Part shown: piece after piece, positions 1-11,815 of the stretch
How positions within the stretch are numbered: the first letter of the stretch is position 1
Layout: each line of letters begins with the position of its first letter
NCBI RefSeq assembly: GCF_006345805.1
Contig: NW_021833939.1
Location: 1-58,319, forward strand
Direction of reading: 5' to 3'
Source: Octopus sinensis
Taxonomy: Eukaryota
DNA length: 58,319 bases
Translations under genes and position numbers: made by a program
Notes under the pieces: generated by a model
Databases searched by the model: none
What the model was told of the DNA's origin: nothing
The model's input: only the letters and a program-made list of their open reading frames with translations

Positions 1-189
1 GTAGTTCATTGTATGTTTATGTGTAATAGATACGCAAATTGAGAGTGCTCACTGATAATCTCCATCCACCGGACTACTCCCACTGCACCACAAACAATAC
101 CAATCCTAACGCTGAGGCTAATACTAAATATAACGCCCGGTTAATTTCAGGTAATTATAACCCAAAAAACTCCACTTAGTACCCCCTAG

Positions 190-560
190 AAGACTATGTA
201 ACTGTAAACTCCTCTCCCTTGCAAAACAAATGCCTCACGAGAAATATGGTACATAAGTATATGGCCACTACGGAAGATTCCAAGAATGCATATATCACCT
301 CGAGCAGCACTACCTTCAAAGCCAGAATTAGTAACCATTATTCTGGCTTTAAATCTCAAGTGTAAACTAATACTATATTTATATCTAGTCTCATTCATTA
401 CCTAAAACATAATTCAGTTGTATACAGTTTAAAGTGGACTTTTATTACTCACGCCAACAAATGCGATCTCTGCATCGCAGAAGTCTTATCTGTTATGCAA
501 TGCAGCAACTGTTTTAATGAACGAAGCTACTTTATTCTTAATTGCCAACACAAATTATGT
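190..560 (+). mobile_element. Degenerate Penelope-like element GIY-YIG endonuclease region
   Basis: Cross-frame translation NKCLTRNMVHKYMAT...AYITSSSTTFKARISNH...KCDLCIAE...NCQHK matches the PLE pattern C..KCL...VY...YIG.T...FK.R..NH...C.LC..E...C.H. Confidence 0.7.
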
Positions 561-2072
561 AATACATATGTGTGTGTGTATATGTATGTATGTACATGTA
601 TATATATATATGTGTGGTGTGTGTGTGTGTGTGCTCCCTTCTTCTGGCCCTCATTACACCCCAAACAAAGCTTTTTAAAATACAAATTTTAAAATACGCC
701 CCCCAATGAAGCCAAGGTTCAATTTGGTTAAATACCTATTTGTGTACATGCGCCGCTCGCTTACTTCTATCCTATCCTATATGTATATACCACCTTACAC
801 AATTACATGAGACACCACAAAATGTGTGATTATTATACTACATAACATGAAGAATTCAGTTGCATATAATTGATATTTATTCATAAAACTTCAATCCCTC
901 CTATACACAGAAAATATCTTACACAGCGAAAAGCACCCAGCAACTGGATAACAGACGTCCAGACTGCACCCATCCCACTTTCACCATCCCCACAAAAAAT
1001 CAGCATCTCACCACCGTCTACTTATATATGATCAACCACATCAACCACTATAAAGCGTTGTATTTGACTAAGATATCTGTCCCAGAGACACAGCATCTGT
1101 CTCATCAAAATTTGCAATATCGTGTGGGAGTATCGGTTAGTTTCGGTTTAGAAAAATACTGTCTGGTACGAGTGTTAAGAAGTGACGCAATTCATCACCT
1201 TCGACAATGTTCAACCCTCAGAAATCAACACCACACATGTCTCAACGACGGAATCTATTTCAACGAATTGATGCATAGATGCTACATCCATGTTACCCAT
1301 ACAGTAGATACTGAGGCCACGAGTGTAGTTGACTTCACAGATCCTGCTAAACAGGTCCTCGGTGCTATCATATGCATTCACTGACAGTTCTATCGAAAGG
1401 CACAACATCTGTGAAATAAAATATAACAGGGCGAATGGGTGTGTCCATAATATAGTCAGTATAGGAAGGTTTGTGGTCTTTCCGGACGCCATACACTGGT
1501 GAAATTTCTTTTTTTAATTCTTTAAAGTGTTTCAGCTTTAAAGTTGCGGTCATGCTGAGGCACTACCATTACAAAATTGTTAACGGTCGCACTCTCACAT
1601 CGAACACATATGAGTATTCACCATCTTTTCCCCTCCTCATTGTAAAATATAGTCACGACACTCAGATTTCTGACATTTCATTGCATGATACCAATATAGT
1701 TTAACAGGCTACCTACAAACTACAAGATTTATTGTATTGCTGCGTACTAGAAACCGTTTGTGAGAAAGCATGGTAGCTTTTCTTTTTTCATACGCTTATT
1801 TAAAATCTACTTTAGTCCTACTTCAGTGCCGGTATTGAGATCTAGATCTTTATACGATTAACTTGAAATATATGGATGTATTCATAAAAGGTACAAATAT
1901 GTTTCGACTTATATTTATTAAATTCCACTTAAATCTCTGAAACCTAAGTATACAAACCCACAGCCCAGCCTCAAACTAATTGCAATGAAACTAGGGTCAG
2001 TGGGCAGGCCACCGTTGGTGAGACGAGAATTTTTGACAACGAGAAATAAATGTTCAAATAAAGTTAATATTC

Positions 2073-2111
<39 letters not shown>

Positions 2112-2112
<1 letters not shown>

Positions 2113-2564
2113 GTACTCTTACTCTTTTACTTGTTTCAGTCAATTGGCTGCGGCCATGCTGGAGCACCGCCTTTAATCGAGCAACTCGACCCCGGGACTT
2201 ATTCTTTTGTAAGCACAGTACTTATTCTATCGGTCTCTTTTGCCGAACCGCTAAGGCAACGGGGACATAAACACGCCACCATCGGTTGTCAAGCAATGCT
2301 AGGGGCACAAACACAGACACGCAAACACACACACGATATATAATATATATATATATATATATGTATATATATGCGTGTCTGTGTTGAGCTATATATACAT
2401 ATATACGACGGGCTTCTCTCAGTTTCCGTCTACCAAATCAACTTACAGGCTTTGGTCGGCCCGAGGCTATAGTAGAAGACACTTGCCCAAGGTACCGCGC
2501 AGTAGGGCTGAACCCGGAACCATGTGGTTGGTAAACAGGCTACTTACCACACAACCACTCCTAT
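2112..2564 (-). mobile_element. tRNA-derived SINE (octopus-type)
   Basis: Minus-strand head with A-box-like tggttgtgtggt and B-box-like ggttcagccc, then a body and a central microsatellite. Multiple copies occur in the window. Confidence 0.85.
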
Positions 2565-2585
2565 ATCTATTTATGTATATATATG

Positions 2586-2616
<31 letters not shown>

Positions 2617-2701
2617 GTATATTTGCATACATGCATGTATATACACATACATACATATAAATACCATACATATTATATATATATATACATATATATATGT
2701 G

Positions 2702-2746
<45 letters not shown>

Positions 2747-4177
2747 TATAAGAAAAGGAGAAAAATATTGTGGATACTTATTGCATTTGTATCACAATAA
2801 AAACATAGCAAAATGTTTAATGCAAATAAAATTTTAATGAACAAACATACACATAAAATAAGCAGAAAAAGTGCTACACATGTTTCAAGCTGTTCACTAT
2901 GAAAACAATGCTTCGGATCCGCAGGGTTCGAACCATGTTAATAGTTGTAAATGTCAAAAATAACAAAGTGACCAGATATCTTCAGGGTTGTCATGTGCAA
3001 AATGCTAATGCTTACTTATTTTTTCACAGGAATTCCAGTTGGTAAAAAACTTACTAGATAAGATGGATTAGGACCACTTATTCATATATATTAAGTATCT
3101 ACGTAATGTAAACATTAGTTTGTTAAAAATAAGTAAGAGGGAACGCCGAGGGAGTAATGGGGAAGGTATTAGCTAATCAAATCTTTCAAAACAGTTATTA
3201 AGGATTTGAAAAATAGACGGTTATGTGTTTTGAGGGACATTATGCAATCATTTAAGAGAATATATAGCGGTTAGGAGTTGTGAGGGACGTTATGTAATTA
3301 GTTTAAGATATTGTGAAGACGTTAAAAAAAGATTGAATTAAAGAGAAGAGATAAGAGATAGGGAGAGATAAGAAAAAATTTTAAAAAGTAAGAATACAGA
3401 GAGAAATAAATTTATTGGGGAAAAGAATAACGAATTAAAAAATTTAGCTAATTGAAAGAAGTTATAAAAAACAATGAGTGATAAGGGATAAAGTATATGT
3501 GCAGATTTTAATATTTTAAAGTTATGGCTAAGAAAGATTATGCTATATTGTATACTTAGGTAATTCTAAAGTATGAGTTCAATTAAAGGTTCACTTGTAA
3601 AGAGGCTTATATCTTCACTGATTATGACCAATTAATAGTGGAGGATATACAAGCAAAATGAAATTTAAAGATAAGGCTCTATCGTTCGATTATGAAGAAA
3701 CTTTTTCGTACTTTTAATCTCTATAAAACAAGCACGACATTTAGATTACAGAGGCTACAAACATAGAAATAGACAAACCGAGCCTCAACAGAAAGGGGGG
3801 AAAAGAGGATAAAACAAGAACCATATACAGTGTAATCGCAGAGAAAACAAACATGCACACGTGGTGTGATAAAATATAAGAAGCAGAGATAAATAACTAA
3901 ACAAAAAACTATATAAAGGGCACAGATACAAACAATACAGTAAGCAAACCTACATACACAAACAAACACACAGTAAACGCCATGTAAATGGCGGGCTTTT
4001 TCGAATTGCATTTCGGTAACAATGTGCTTATTCGGAATAAAAATTCAGTATTGAATATACCGGTTAAATTTATAATTTAAAATAGTATAAAATCTTCATA
4101 AGAATTTATCAAGTAGTTAGCGTGAAAAACCTCATAAGAGAAAAAATTCCACCATTTTTTCACTTAAATATATTTAT

Positions 4178-4560
4178 TTGTGACTATACAAACTGTAATT
4201 ACCGACGTAAGTGTGTCGTTGTGAATTTTAACACTACAACATCGGAAATACCTTTTAAGGAAACCCATGCAAGTTGTTGTGCTTTGAGGTGTAATAATTA
4301 CTGATAATTACTAATATCAAACTACTCTCCCTTTGAAACTGTCCCCTTTAAGCACAAATTATTGTTTCTGTGTATATGAGTTAAATTTAAAGAAGCATAT
4401 TCCACATCTTATCTGCATAGCTATGACGATGTAATTAGAAACATTCCTAAATTTATTTCCAAGAACTTTCTTAGGGTGTTTTCTCTCTTGGTATTTGCAT
4501 AACTAACTGGAAACAATTCTATAATTAAAGAAAGTTCAGTCTTTAAAATTAATGTATTCT
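4178..4560 (+). pseudogene. 5'-truncated paralogue of the sushi gene (last 41 codons + 3'UTR)
   Basis: Encodes CDYTNCNYRRKCVVVNFNTTTSEIPFKETHASCCALRCNNY*, aligning to 15723-15849. The UTR aligns to 15850-16107. No upstream coding sequence is present. Confidence 0.9.
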
Positions 4561-4864
4561 TTGATTTTGCTTCTATTAACGTTTCCTTTTCCATTACGCA
4601 CATTTTTTTACACATTCTATTATCTCGACAAGTGTTTTTTCGGAGACATTCTGAAACTAAGAACTATTTAGTAAGTAGTTCACAACGTGTTCATGTGTAT
4701 AGATGCACAAATTGACAGTGCTCACTGATAATCCTCCCCCCTCGGACTGCTTCCACTGCACTACAAAACAATACCAACCCTAACGCTGAGGCTAATACTA
4801 AATATTACTCCTGGTTAAAATCAGATAATCATAACCCCACAAACCCCACTTTATATCCTCTAGA

Positions 4865-5265
4865 AGTCATTGCAGCTGTAAATGCTCCATCTCCTGTTCC
4901 TTATAAATCAAATGCCTCACAAGAAATGCAGTACAAATGTATGTGGTCACCACGGATGATTCCAAGTAAGTATATATCAGAACTAGTACCACCACCTTCA
5001 AGGCCAGAATTAGTAACTATTTTCTGGCTTTAAATTTCAAGCGACAACTAATACTACCTCTTTATCTAGGCTCATTCATACTTAAAAATTAATGCAGTTG
5101 TATACAGTTTAATATGATCCTTGTTACTCATGCCAAACCGTAAACGGTTATAGCAACAAAAATGCGATCTCTGCATCGCAGAAGTCTTATCTGTTATGCA
5201 ATGCAACAACTGTTTCAATGAACGAAGCTACTTTATCCTGAATGGCCGACACAAATTATGTAATA
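4865..5265 (+). mobile_element. Older paralogue of the same PLE GIY-YIG relic
   Basis: CSCKCSISC...KCLTRN...VYIRTSTTTFKARISNY...TTSLSRLIH...KCDLCIAE...GRHK, with stops and frameshifts. Confidence 0.7.
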
Positions 5266-5491
5266 CCTTCTGAAGTTACAAATAATTCTACCTTCCCCTA
5301 TAATTCCCTACCAATCCTCCTACATCAGCGTCACTTGAATTTCTTCAAAGTATTTATAACATATACTTTTTAAAGCTATTTTCATACATTTCCTTAACAT
5401 TGTTAGATCTTTATAGCAAGGTGAAATATAAAGATTAATAAAAAAGAGAACAAAATTTTAGAGAGCACAATAGATTGTTAGACTCCAACAA

Positions 5492-5552
<61 letters not shown>

Positions 5553-5590
5553 CTAGCTTAAAGCCCGCCCTATCGGGCGGCTTTTGAGTT
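5553..5590 (-). mobile_element. Helitron-type 3' terminus
   Basis: Minus strand has a GC hairpin (gccgccc-gata-gggcgggc), then tttaag, CTAG and T. The 5' end was not identified. Confidence 0.55.
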
Positions 5591-5775
5591 TCCTGCATTG
5601 AGTACATATTAAATTGTTTTAGACTTAACCAATATTTTTCAAGCAATGAACAATTTTCATCAAAACAATGATATAATTTGTCGATTTGTAACTTATTGCA
5701 ATGCTGCACGATAAACAACATTTTTTGTCCTCCCACTCAGGCGTCAGTACAATTTTTTTCTGTCTAACCTCTTTT

Positions 5776-5838
<63 letters not shown>

Positions 5839-6287
5839 TTCTCTCCATCTCTCTCTCTCGCTTTCTGTTGGTTGTTTTCAGCCATCACCATCACCAGTAC
5901 CACCACCATCGCCACCACAACTGCCACACACACCATTCAGATTTCTGACGCCAGCTCCATCAATACCTTCGACTTCGCCGTCTTCCCTTCCACCACCATC
6001 ACCACTGTCTTTTACATTGCTTACTATCACTGTCATCCCTGAACTGCGACCACCATCATCACTGTTACCTCCACCTCTATCACAACTACAGCTCATACTA
6101 TTATTATCAGCCTATTGCCATCACAACCATCAATCTACTACCGTCTGTATGCCTACTAATACTCTCACCTCATCACGCGGAATAGTAGAAATGTCACTGA
6201 ATAGTGAAAGAGGGGCTCAAAGTGTGACACACTGACACACAGAAATTCGCATTGGCATTTATTATTATTATTATTATTGTATTGTTG

Positions 6288-6326
<39 letters not shown>

Positions 6327-6392
6327 TATTATTATTATTATTATATGTATATATATATTATATGTACATATATATATATATATTATATTATA

Positions 6393-6440
<48 letters not shown>

Positions 6441-7434
6441 ATAATTGCCACAGCACATGAGCTGAAATTGAAATTCAAAAAATATATATATATATATCTA
6501 TATATATATATATATATATATTATAATATATATATATAGTTAATCGAAAACATGAAAACATAAAGAGAACAACACCAACACGCGAGGACGTGGAACAAAT
6601 CTAGTATTATTGGACGCTCAGGAAGGAAGGTATATGTATATATAATATATATATATAAATTGTAAAAGGATGCGTGGCGTTCGATCATATAATAATATCA
6701 ATAATATATAAATATATGCATATATACATACATATATGTACTGCTTACATATATATATATATATGTATATATACATGCATATATGGGCACAGGACATCAA
6801 AAAACGTTGAACACAATTAGAAACGAAAACATGAAAACAAAAACATAGAAACGAACTTTTTTTCGAACAACGAAAAAAACAGAGAAACGAGACATGCAAC
6901 ATAAAGAATATTCCCCTTCTTCAGTTGTCCCTGTTCCATCTACTCCACGTTCGAAGGCAAGGACAATACGTGACTTCGTTGAAACAGTCCTTCCTGCAAA
7001 GCAAATTAAATAAAATTTGGGATTTTTTGCGGGGGGGTGAATGTGGTAACAAGAACAGGACTGTGAGAACAAAACAGCAAAAACAAACGTTAAGCCAAGA
7101 CGATAGAAAAATTATTATGAACGCTAGGAAGACGAGCTTATGAAGGAGGCAGTATAAGCACGTTTTGTCTTTACGAAGGTAGTGGGCAAAATGATAGATT
7201 CTCTTTCGTCACGTGTTAGCGACGAGAGAGTCGAGGAGGAGGAGTGAGAGAGAGGGGACGGTGAAGAGGAGAGGAGAAGAATAAAGAAGGGTGGGAGAGA
7301 AAACCAGAAAGGATGAAGAACAAGAGAGGGAGAAAGATAGACAGAGAAGAGATAGTAAAGATAGAAGAGTGCGCATCGTAATTATTAAGATGAAACTTCC
7401 TTGGAAAAGGATGCGTGGCGTTCGATATATATAT

Positions 7435-7494
<60 letters not shown>

Positions 7495-7599
7495 TGTGTG
7501 TGTGTGTGTGTGTACATGTGCGCGAGCGTGTGTTGTGTGTGTGTGTGTGTGTATGTATGTATATATAAGTTTATGAATTTATGCTGCAAATCGGCAATG

Positions 7600-8050
7600 T
7601 CGGTCAACTAGAATCTAGCACTATGAAGAGCATCCAGGAAGTAGCTAACTCCATTCACCAGAGTAATAAAGTAACAATAGACTACCCTAGCAAGCGCTCG
7701 AACTACCGGTTTCAAACTGCCAACTAAAAATAGTAAGGTCCAGATCCTTCATTCCCGTTATGCCAAACCCATGCCCTCTAAACACCTTGTCCACAAGAGC
7801 GCAGCTATTGCAGACAACGCCAAGTTCAATATCCTAATAGCAGACTTGGTGAGAGTGATGAGGAATGGGCCTTGCACGTGCAACCCAATAGAATTGGAAA
7901 GACACATACAGCACCTCATCCACCGTATGCAATTCCTGGTTACAACCAAAGGGAAAGGATTAGCGTGTACAAAAGAGCCAGGGCTAAGTACAATGCCAAC
8001 ATGCGATACATTTTGTCTGTGTTCATGTATGACGAAAGTAAATTATTGAT
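7600..8050 (+). mobile_element. Penelope-like RT C-terminal/thumb fragment
   Basis: IQEVANSIH..KVTIDYPS...ILHSRYAKPMPSKHLVHKSAAIADNAKFNILIADLVRVMRN...HIQHLIHRMQ resembles the PLE RT C-terminal region. Confidence 0.65.
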
Positions 8051-8389
8051 TTCATCCCAAGATGTCCTATACCGTTCCATATTTCAAACTTTTCGTGAAC
8101 TGAACTCCGTAAGTATTATAACTTTATCTATAAAAGTAAATTTACAATTAAATTTTTTCTTTTTCTTTTCTTTTTTCTTTTCTTTTTGTGGTAGCAACAA
8201 TCTATATCATTGCTGATAAATAGTCACTAATGAACACCGTTGGAAGATTAGAGGATAGAGACATGTGCATAAACATAGGGCTATCGTTTAAAACAGAGGA
8301 AACCTCGGTAACATATAATAATGTTGACCCAAGAGAGTGGGCAAAAAACTCATAGGTTGACTATAAATGAGCTATGCTATAACTGTGAA

Positions 8390-9518
8390 ATCTTGCATGC
8401 ATTAATTTCAGTTATTCTTATTAAAATCTGCATTATTTCTTTACACGTAAATTGAAATCTGACAGATCAAAGAACACTGTTATCAAGTACCAGCAGAAAA
8501 CGTGTTTAGTCACTCAGGTACATTCATGCTGCCATGCTTGCTATATTAAGGGATGACGCTCCATCTTCATCAACGGTGCAAAAGCAGATAGGTGAATTTA
8601 GGCGAGGATGGAGGGTTTTAAAGATCACCCAAGGTCTTTACGTCTTGCAACTACTACCACCGAAGAAAACGTTGGTCATGTTCACCACATGGTGAGGGAT
8701 GGCATATGATTGACTATCAATCAAATAACCAATTCTAAAAGCGTATACCGTGGGAGTTATTCTACACAATGAATGTGGCATGACGAAGGTATTGCTCGGT
8801 GGACTCCATGTCTTTTGACACCTGATCAAAAGCGCACCAGGCTGTCGACATCACAGAAAAATCTGTCACTCTTTCAGACAGATTCAGCTGGTTTCCTTGA
8901 ACGTTTTCTTAGCCAGGATGAATGTTGGTTTCATCACTTTGAGCCAGGGACAAAGAAACAATCCATGCTGTGGAAACACCCATCCTCATCTTCTCTAAAG
9001 TGGACCACGGTCGTTTCATCTCAGGGAAGGTGACGACCTCAGTCTTTTGGGTTGCAAAAGGCATTGTGTTCGTTGACTATCTTCAAAAAAGCCACGTCAT
9101 CAGTGGAGAGAAATATGCCAACTTGCTGAAGCAGTTGCAAAAGGCAATCAAGACTAAATGCCGATGAAAACTGATGAAAGGGGTTTTGTTTTATCAGAGC
9201 AATGCCCCAGCACACAAGTCCTTGGTTTCAATGGCTGCTGTGAATAGAGTGGCTTTGAACTGGTTGATCACCAGTGGTTTGATACCACTTGACTATCATG
9301 TCCCCAACATCATAAAAAATACTTGGCTGGAAACAGTATCGCTGTGACGATGACGTCACATCTGCTCTTGATAATTTTTTGACCCACAGGATGAAAGCTT
9401 CTTCAATAATGAGATTCAAACACTACAACACCGATGAAAGAAATGAAATAAACCTCATTTAGTCAAATTCCATGAGAGTATCTTGATTAGCCTGGGGACT
9501 TTTCAACCGACCTTCATA
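8390..9518 (+). mobile_element. Degenerate mariner (Tc1/mariner) transposon
   Basis: WTPCLLTPDQK (WVPxxL-like), QDECWFHHFEP.TKKQS..W, VFW...GIVFVDYL, SNAPAH. A right-TIR-like end acttttcaaccgaccttcata is followed by TA. Stops and frameshifts present. Confidence 0.9.
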
Positions 9519-9585
9519 TATGTTTTGTTAGATCTAAGCTCTATTGAAATTCTTATGTTGGCGGACTTGTGCCATTCCTGTCATG

Positions 9586-9743
9586 GTAGGTGCAGGTGTG
9601 ACCGAGTGGTAAGATGTTTGCTTTCCAACCATATAGCTGTAGGCTCAGTTCCACTGCATGGCACGTTAGGCAAGTGTCTTCTACTGTAGGCCTAGGCCGG
9701 CCAGGGTCTTGTAACTGGATTTCGTAGAAACCCGTGATGTGTG

Positions 9744-9774
<31 letters not shown>

Positions 9775-9995
9775 ATGAGAGAGAGCGAGAGAGAGTGCGT
9801 GCGCGTCGCGTAAGTGTGTGTGTATGTCTTCGTCTTTGTAACAGTTCCCCACTCAATTTGACAGCTGATGTTCGCTTGTTTACTTCTCCGAAACTTCGCT
9901 GTTCTGCGATGTGTAGGCCGATAGGATAAGCGCCAGGCTTGAAAATATAGGTACTGGAGTCGACGCAGTCTAATGACTGAAACAAGCGACAAAGT
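9586..9995 (+). mobile_element. tRNA-derived SINE
   Basis: Head gtgaccgagtggtaag...ggcaagtgtcttctact, central (GT)/(GA) repeats and tail tgactgaaacaag, shared with other copies. Confidence 0.8.
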
Positions 9996-10310
9996 TTCAT
10001 AAGAATGTGTGCCTTTTTTTTTTAGTATACCCTTTAGTGGCTGTATTTTATTGATCTTTGATTTTCCATAGAATCAAACATTAATTAGAAAAACATCCTT
10101 CGATATTGTCATTTAATTCAACGAAACATTTAAGGCAACGAAACAAACATGCACCTTTATAACAGCCAACGAACTTCTGTGCACCAGCAATCTAGTAAAT
10201 TGCTGAGCTGTCGTAACACCGTCATTTGTAAACATTCGACTTGATTATATTTATAGCCATAATTCTTATTGTTAATAAAGTTGTACTCTAATGTTAATAA
10301 AGTTGTACTC

Positions 10311-10530
10311 TATGATGGGCGTGCTGAAAAGTTCCCGGCTTTAAGGATATTGTGAAAGCCTGGTTGATGGCCCAGTATTCCGAGTTCTTTTACAGGGTTT
10401 AAAAAACCTGAAAGGTGACTGCAATAAGTGTGCGAATCTGAGAGGGGAATATGTTGAATAAAATCATAATTAACTGATCCTTCTGCATTTTCTTTTACTC
10501 CAAATGAACCACAAGGCGTTTGAGATTTCT
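10311..10530 (+). mobile_element. Short non-autonomous mariner derivative
   Basis: Mariner-like terminus tatgatgggcgtgctgaaaagttccc, then mariner-like 3' sequence aagtgtg...ggggaatatgttgaataaa. Confidence 0.55.
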
Positions 10531-11772
10531 TCCCAATAAAGCTTGATGCTTTACAATTGACGGGCATTTTCACGAGATTTAATGAAATTCGTTTCTAGCT
10601 CCAAGGAGCCAATACAACATCTTATGAGTTGTATAAAATGTAATGTCATTGTTCATCGAAAATCTTTATATTTTATGCCTAATATTGGGAAGAAGGAATT
10701 CCATCAGTTCGCAAAATTGTGATCCATTAAACAAGGTGTAATTCCATAAGAGATTGAAAAGTTCAATAATCGTTTATGAGATACAGGAAACCGATTTAGC
10801 GATATTTTGAACTTGAAGATGTGACTGGAAAAGGTATCTTTTTAATGTAAATGTTGTCGAGGTTGATGCTTATACCCGGAAAAAAAGTTTAGAATTTAAA
10901 TACGAAAAAAAGCCAATGGAACTTCGTTGTGGTGGATACCGAAATTTATGGAGATTTTTTTTTTTTAAATACCCGTTTAATATCCAAATACGTGGAAATT
11001 TATATCCATTTTACAGCTGCCTTTTTCTACCACGTATTTTGTTGAACCAGCTTTTAGGACAACAAATTATTTTGTCACTAAATTGGAAAAAACTGACCCA
11101 CAAATCACTGAAACATGATTCTTTTGTATTTTCCTTATGAAAATAGAAACAGTTAGTTTCAGCCTCAAAAATTACAATTAAAGGTAATTTCTTTAAATTT
11201 TATAATTTATGCAGAGTATGTGAAGTACTTTCAAATAATTTTGCTGTTTTATGTACTGTGTAACGCTTGTCAGTTTTTTCTTGTTTTCAATTGAAATATT
11301 AATGAGTGGGAGGAAAACATTGCCTACACACGAACATTACAAAAGTGTGCACTGTATTAAAACTTGACTTGTAATGATGCAAGCGATCTATCTATCTTTC
11401 TATCTACATATGCATGCATTTGGCATACATACATACATACATGCATGCATCATACATACATACATACATACATACATACATACATACATACATACATACA
11501 TACATACATACATACTACATACACACATATACAGCATTCTATGCAGTACTGTATATATATATATATATATATATATAGATATATATATATATAATAATAA
11601 ATATTAGGGAATATATCCAAATTTACAGGGAAAAAAAATCAGATTAGGATTAAATCCAATTTTATAGTAAAATATTATAAAATATTATTTGAGACAAAAC
11701 CACTATTTTGCAAAACAAACAAGGAAAGACTTAATCAATACATAAAATTTAATAAATAGTAAAAAAAAACCG

Positions 11773-11815
11773 CCACTACAATCGTTTCTTGTCTTGATCG
11801 ACAATCTTCAGGTGG
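11773..11815 (-). ncRNA. Minimal type I hammerhead ribozyme (inverted copy)
   Basis: Exact reverse complement of 13770-13812. Confidence 0.85.

Larger units (their letters stand above)
1..4179 (+). repeat. Segmental duplication copy (matches 16231-20290)
   Basis: Colinear and near-identical through PLE relics, a SINE and microsatellites. The second copy lacks 1152-1328. Confidence 0.95.

Noticed and set aside
190-1830. Selenocysteine (TGA) recoding as in Naiad-type PLEs
   Set aside because: Relics are too decayed, with TAA/TAG stops and frameshifts too, and no SECIS was identified.
2871-2925. Possible minus-strand hammerhead (AAGC...GCUU-GAAA-C..G-UA-GCAC)
   Set aside because: The core reads CUGCGGA and is out of register with stem II, so it is too degenerate to call.
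5560-5590. Rho-independent terminator
   Set aside because: Eukaryotic DNA. The hairpin plus CTAG on the other strand fits a Helitron end.
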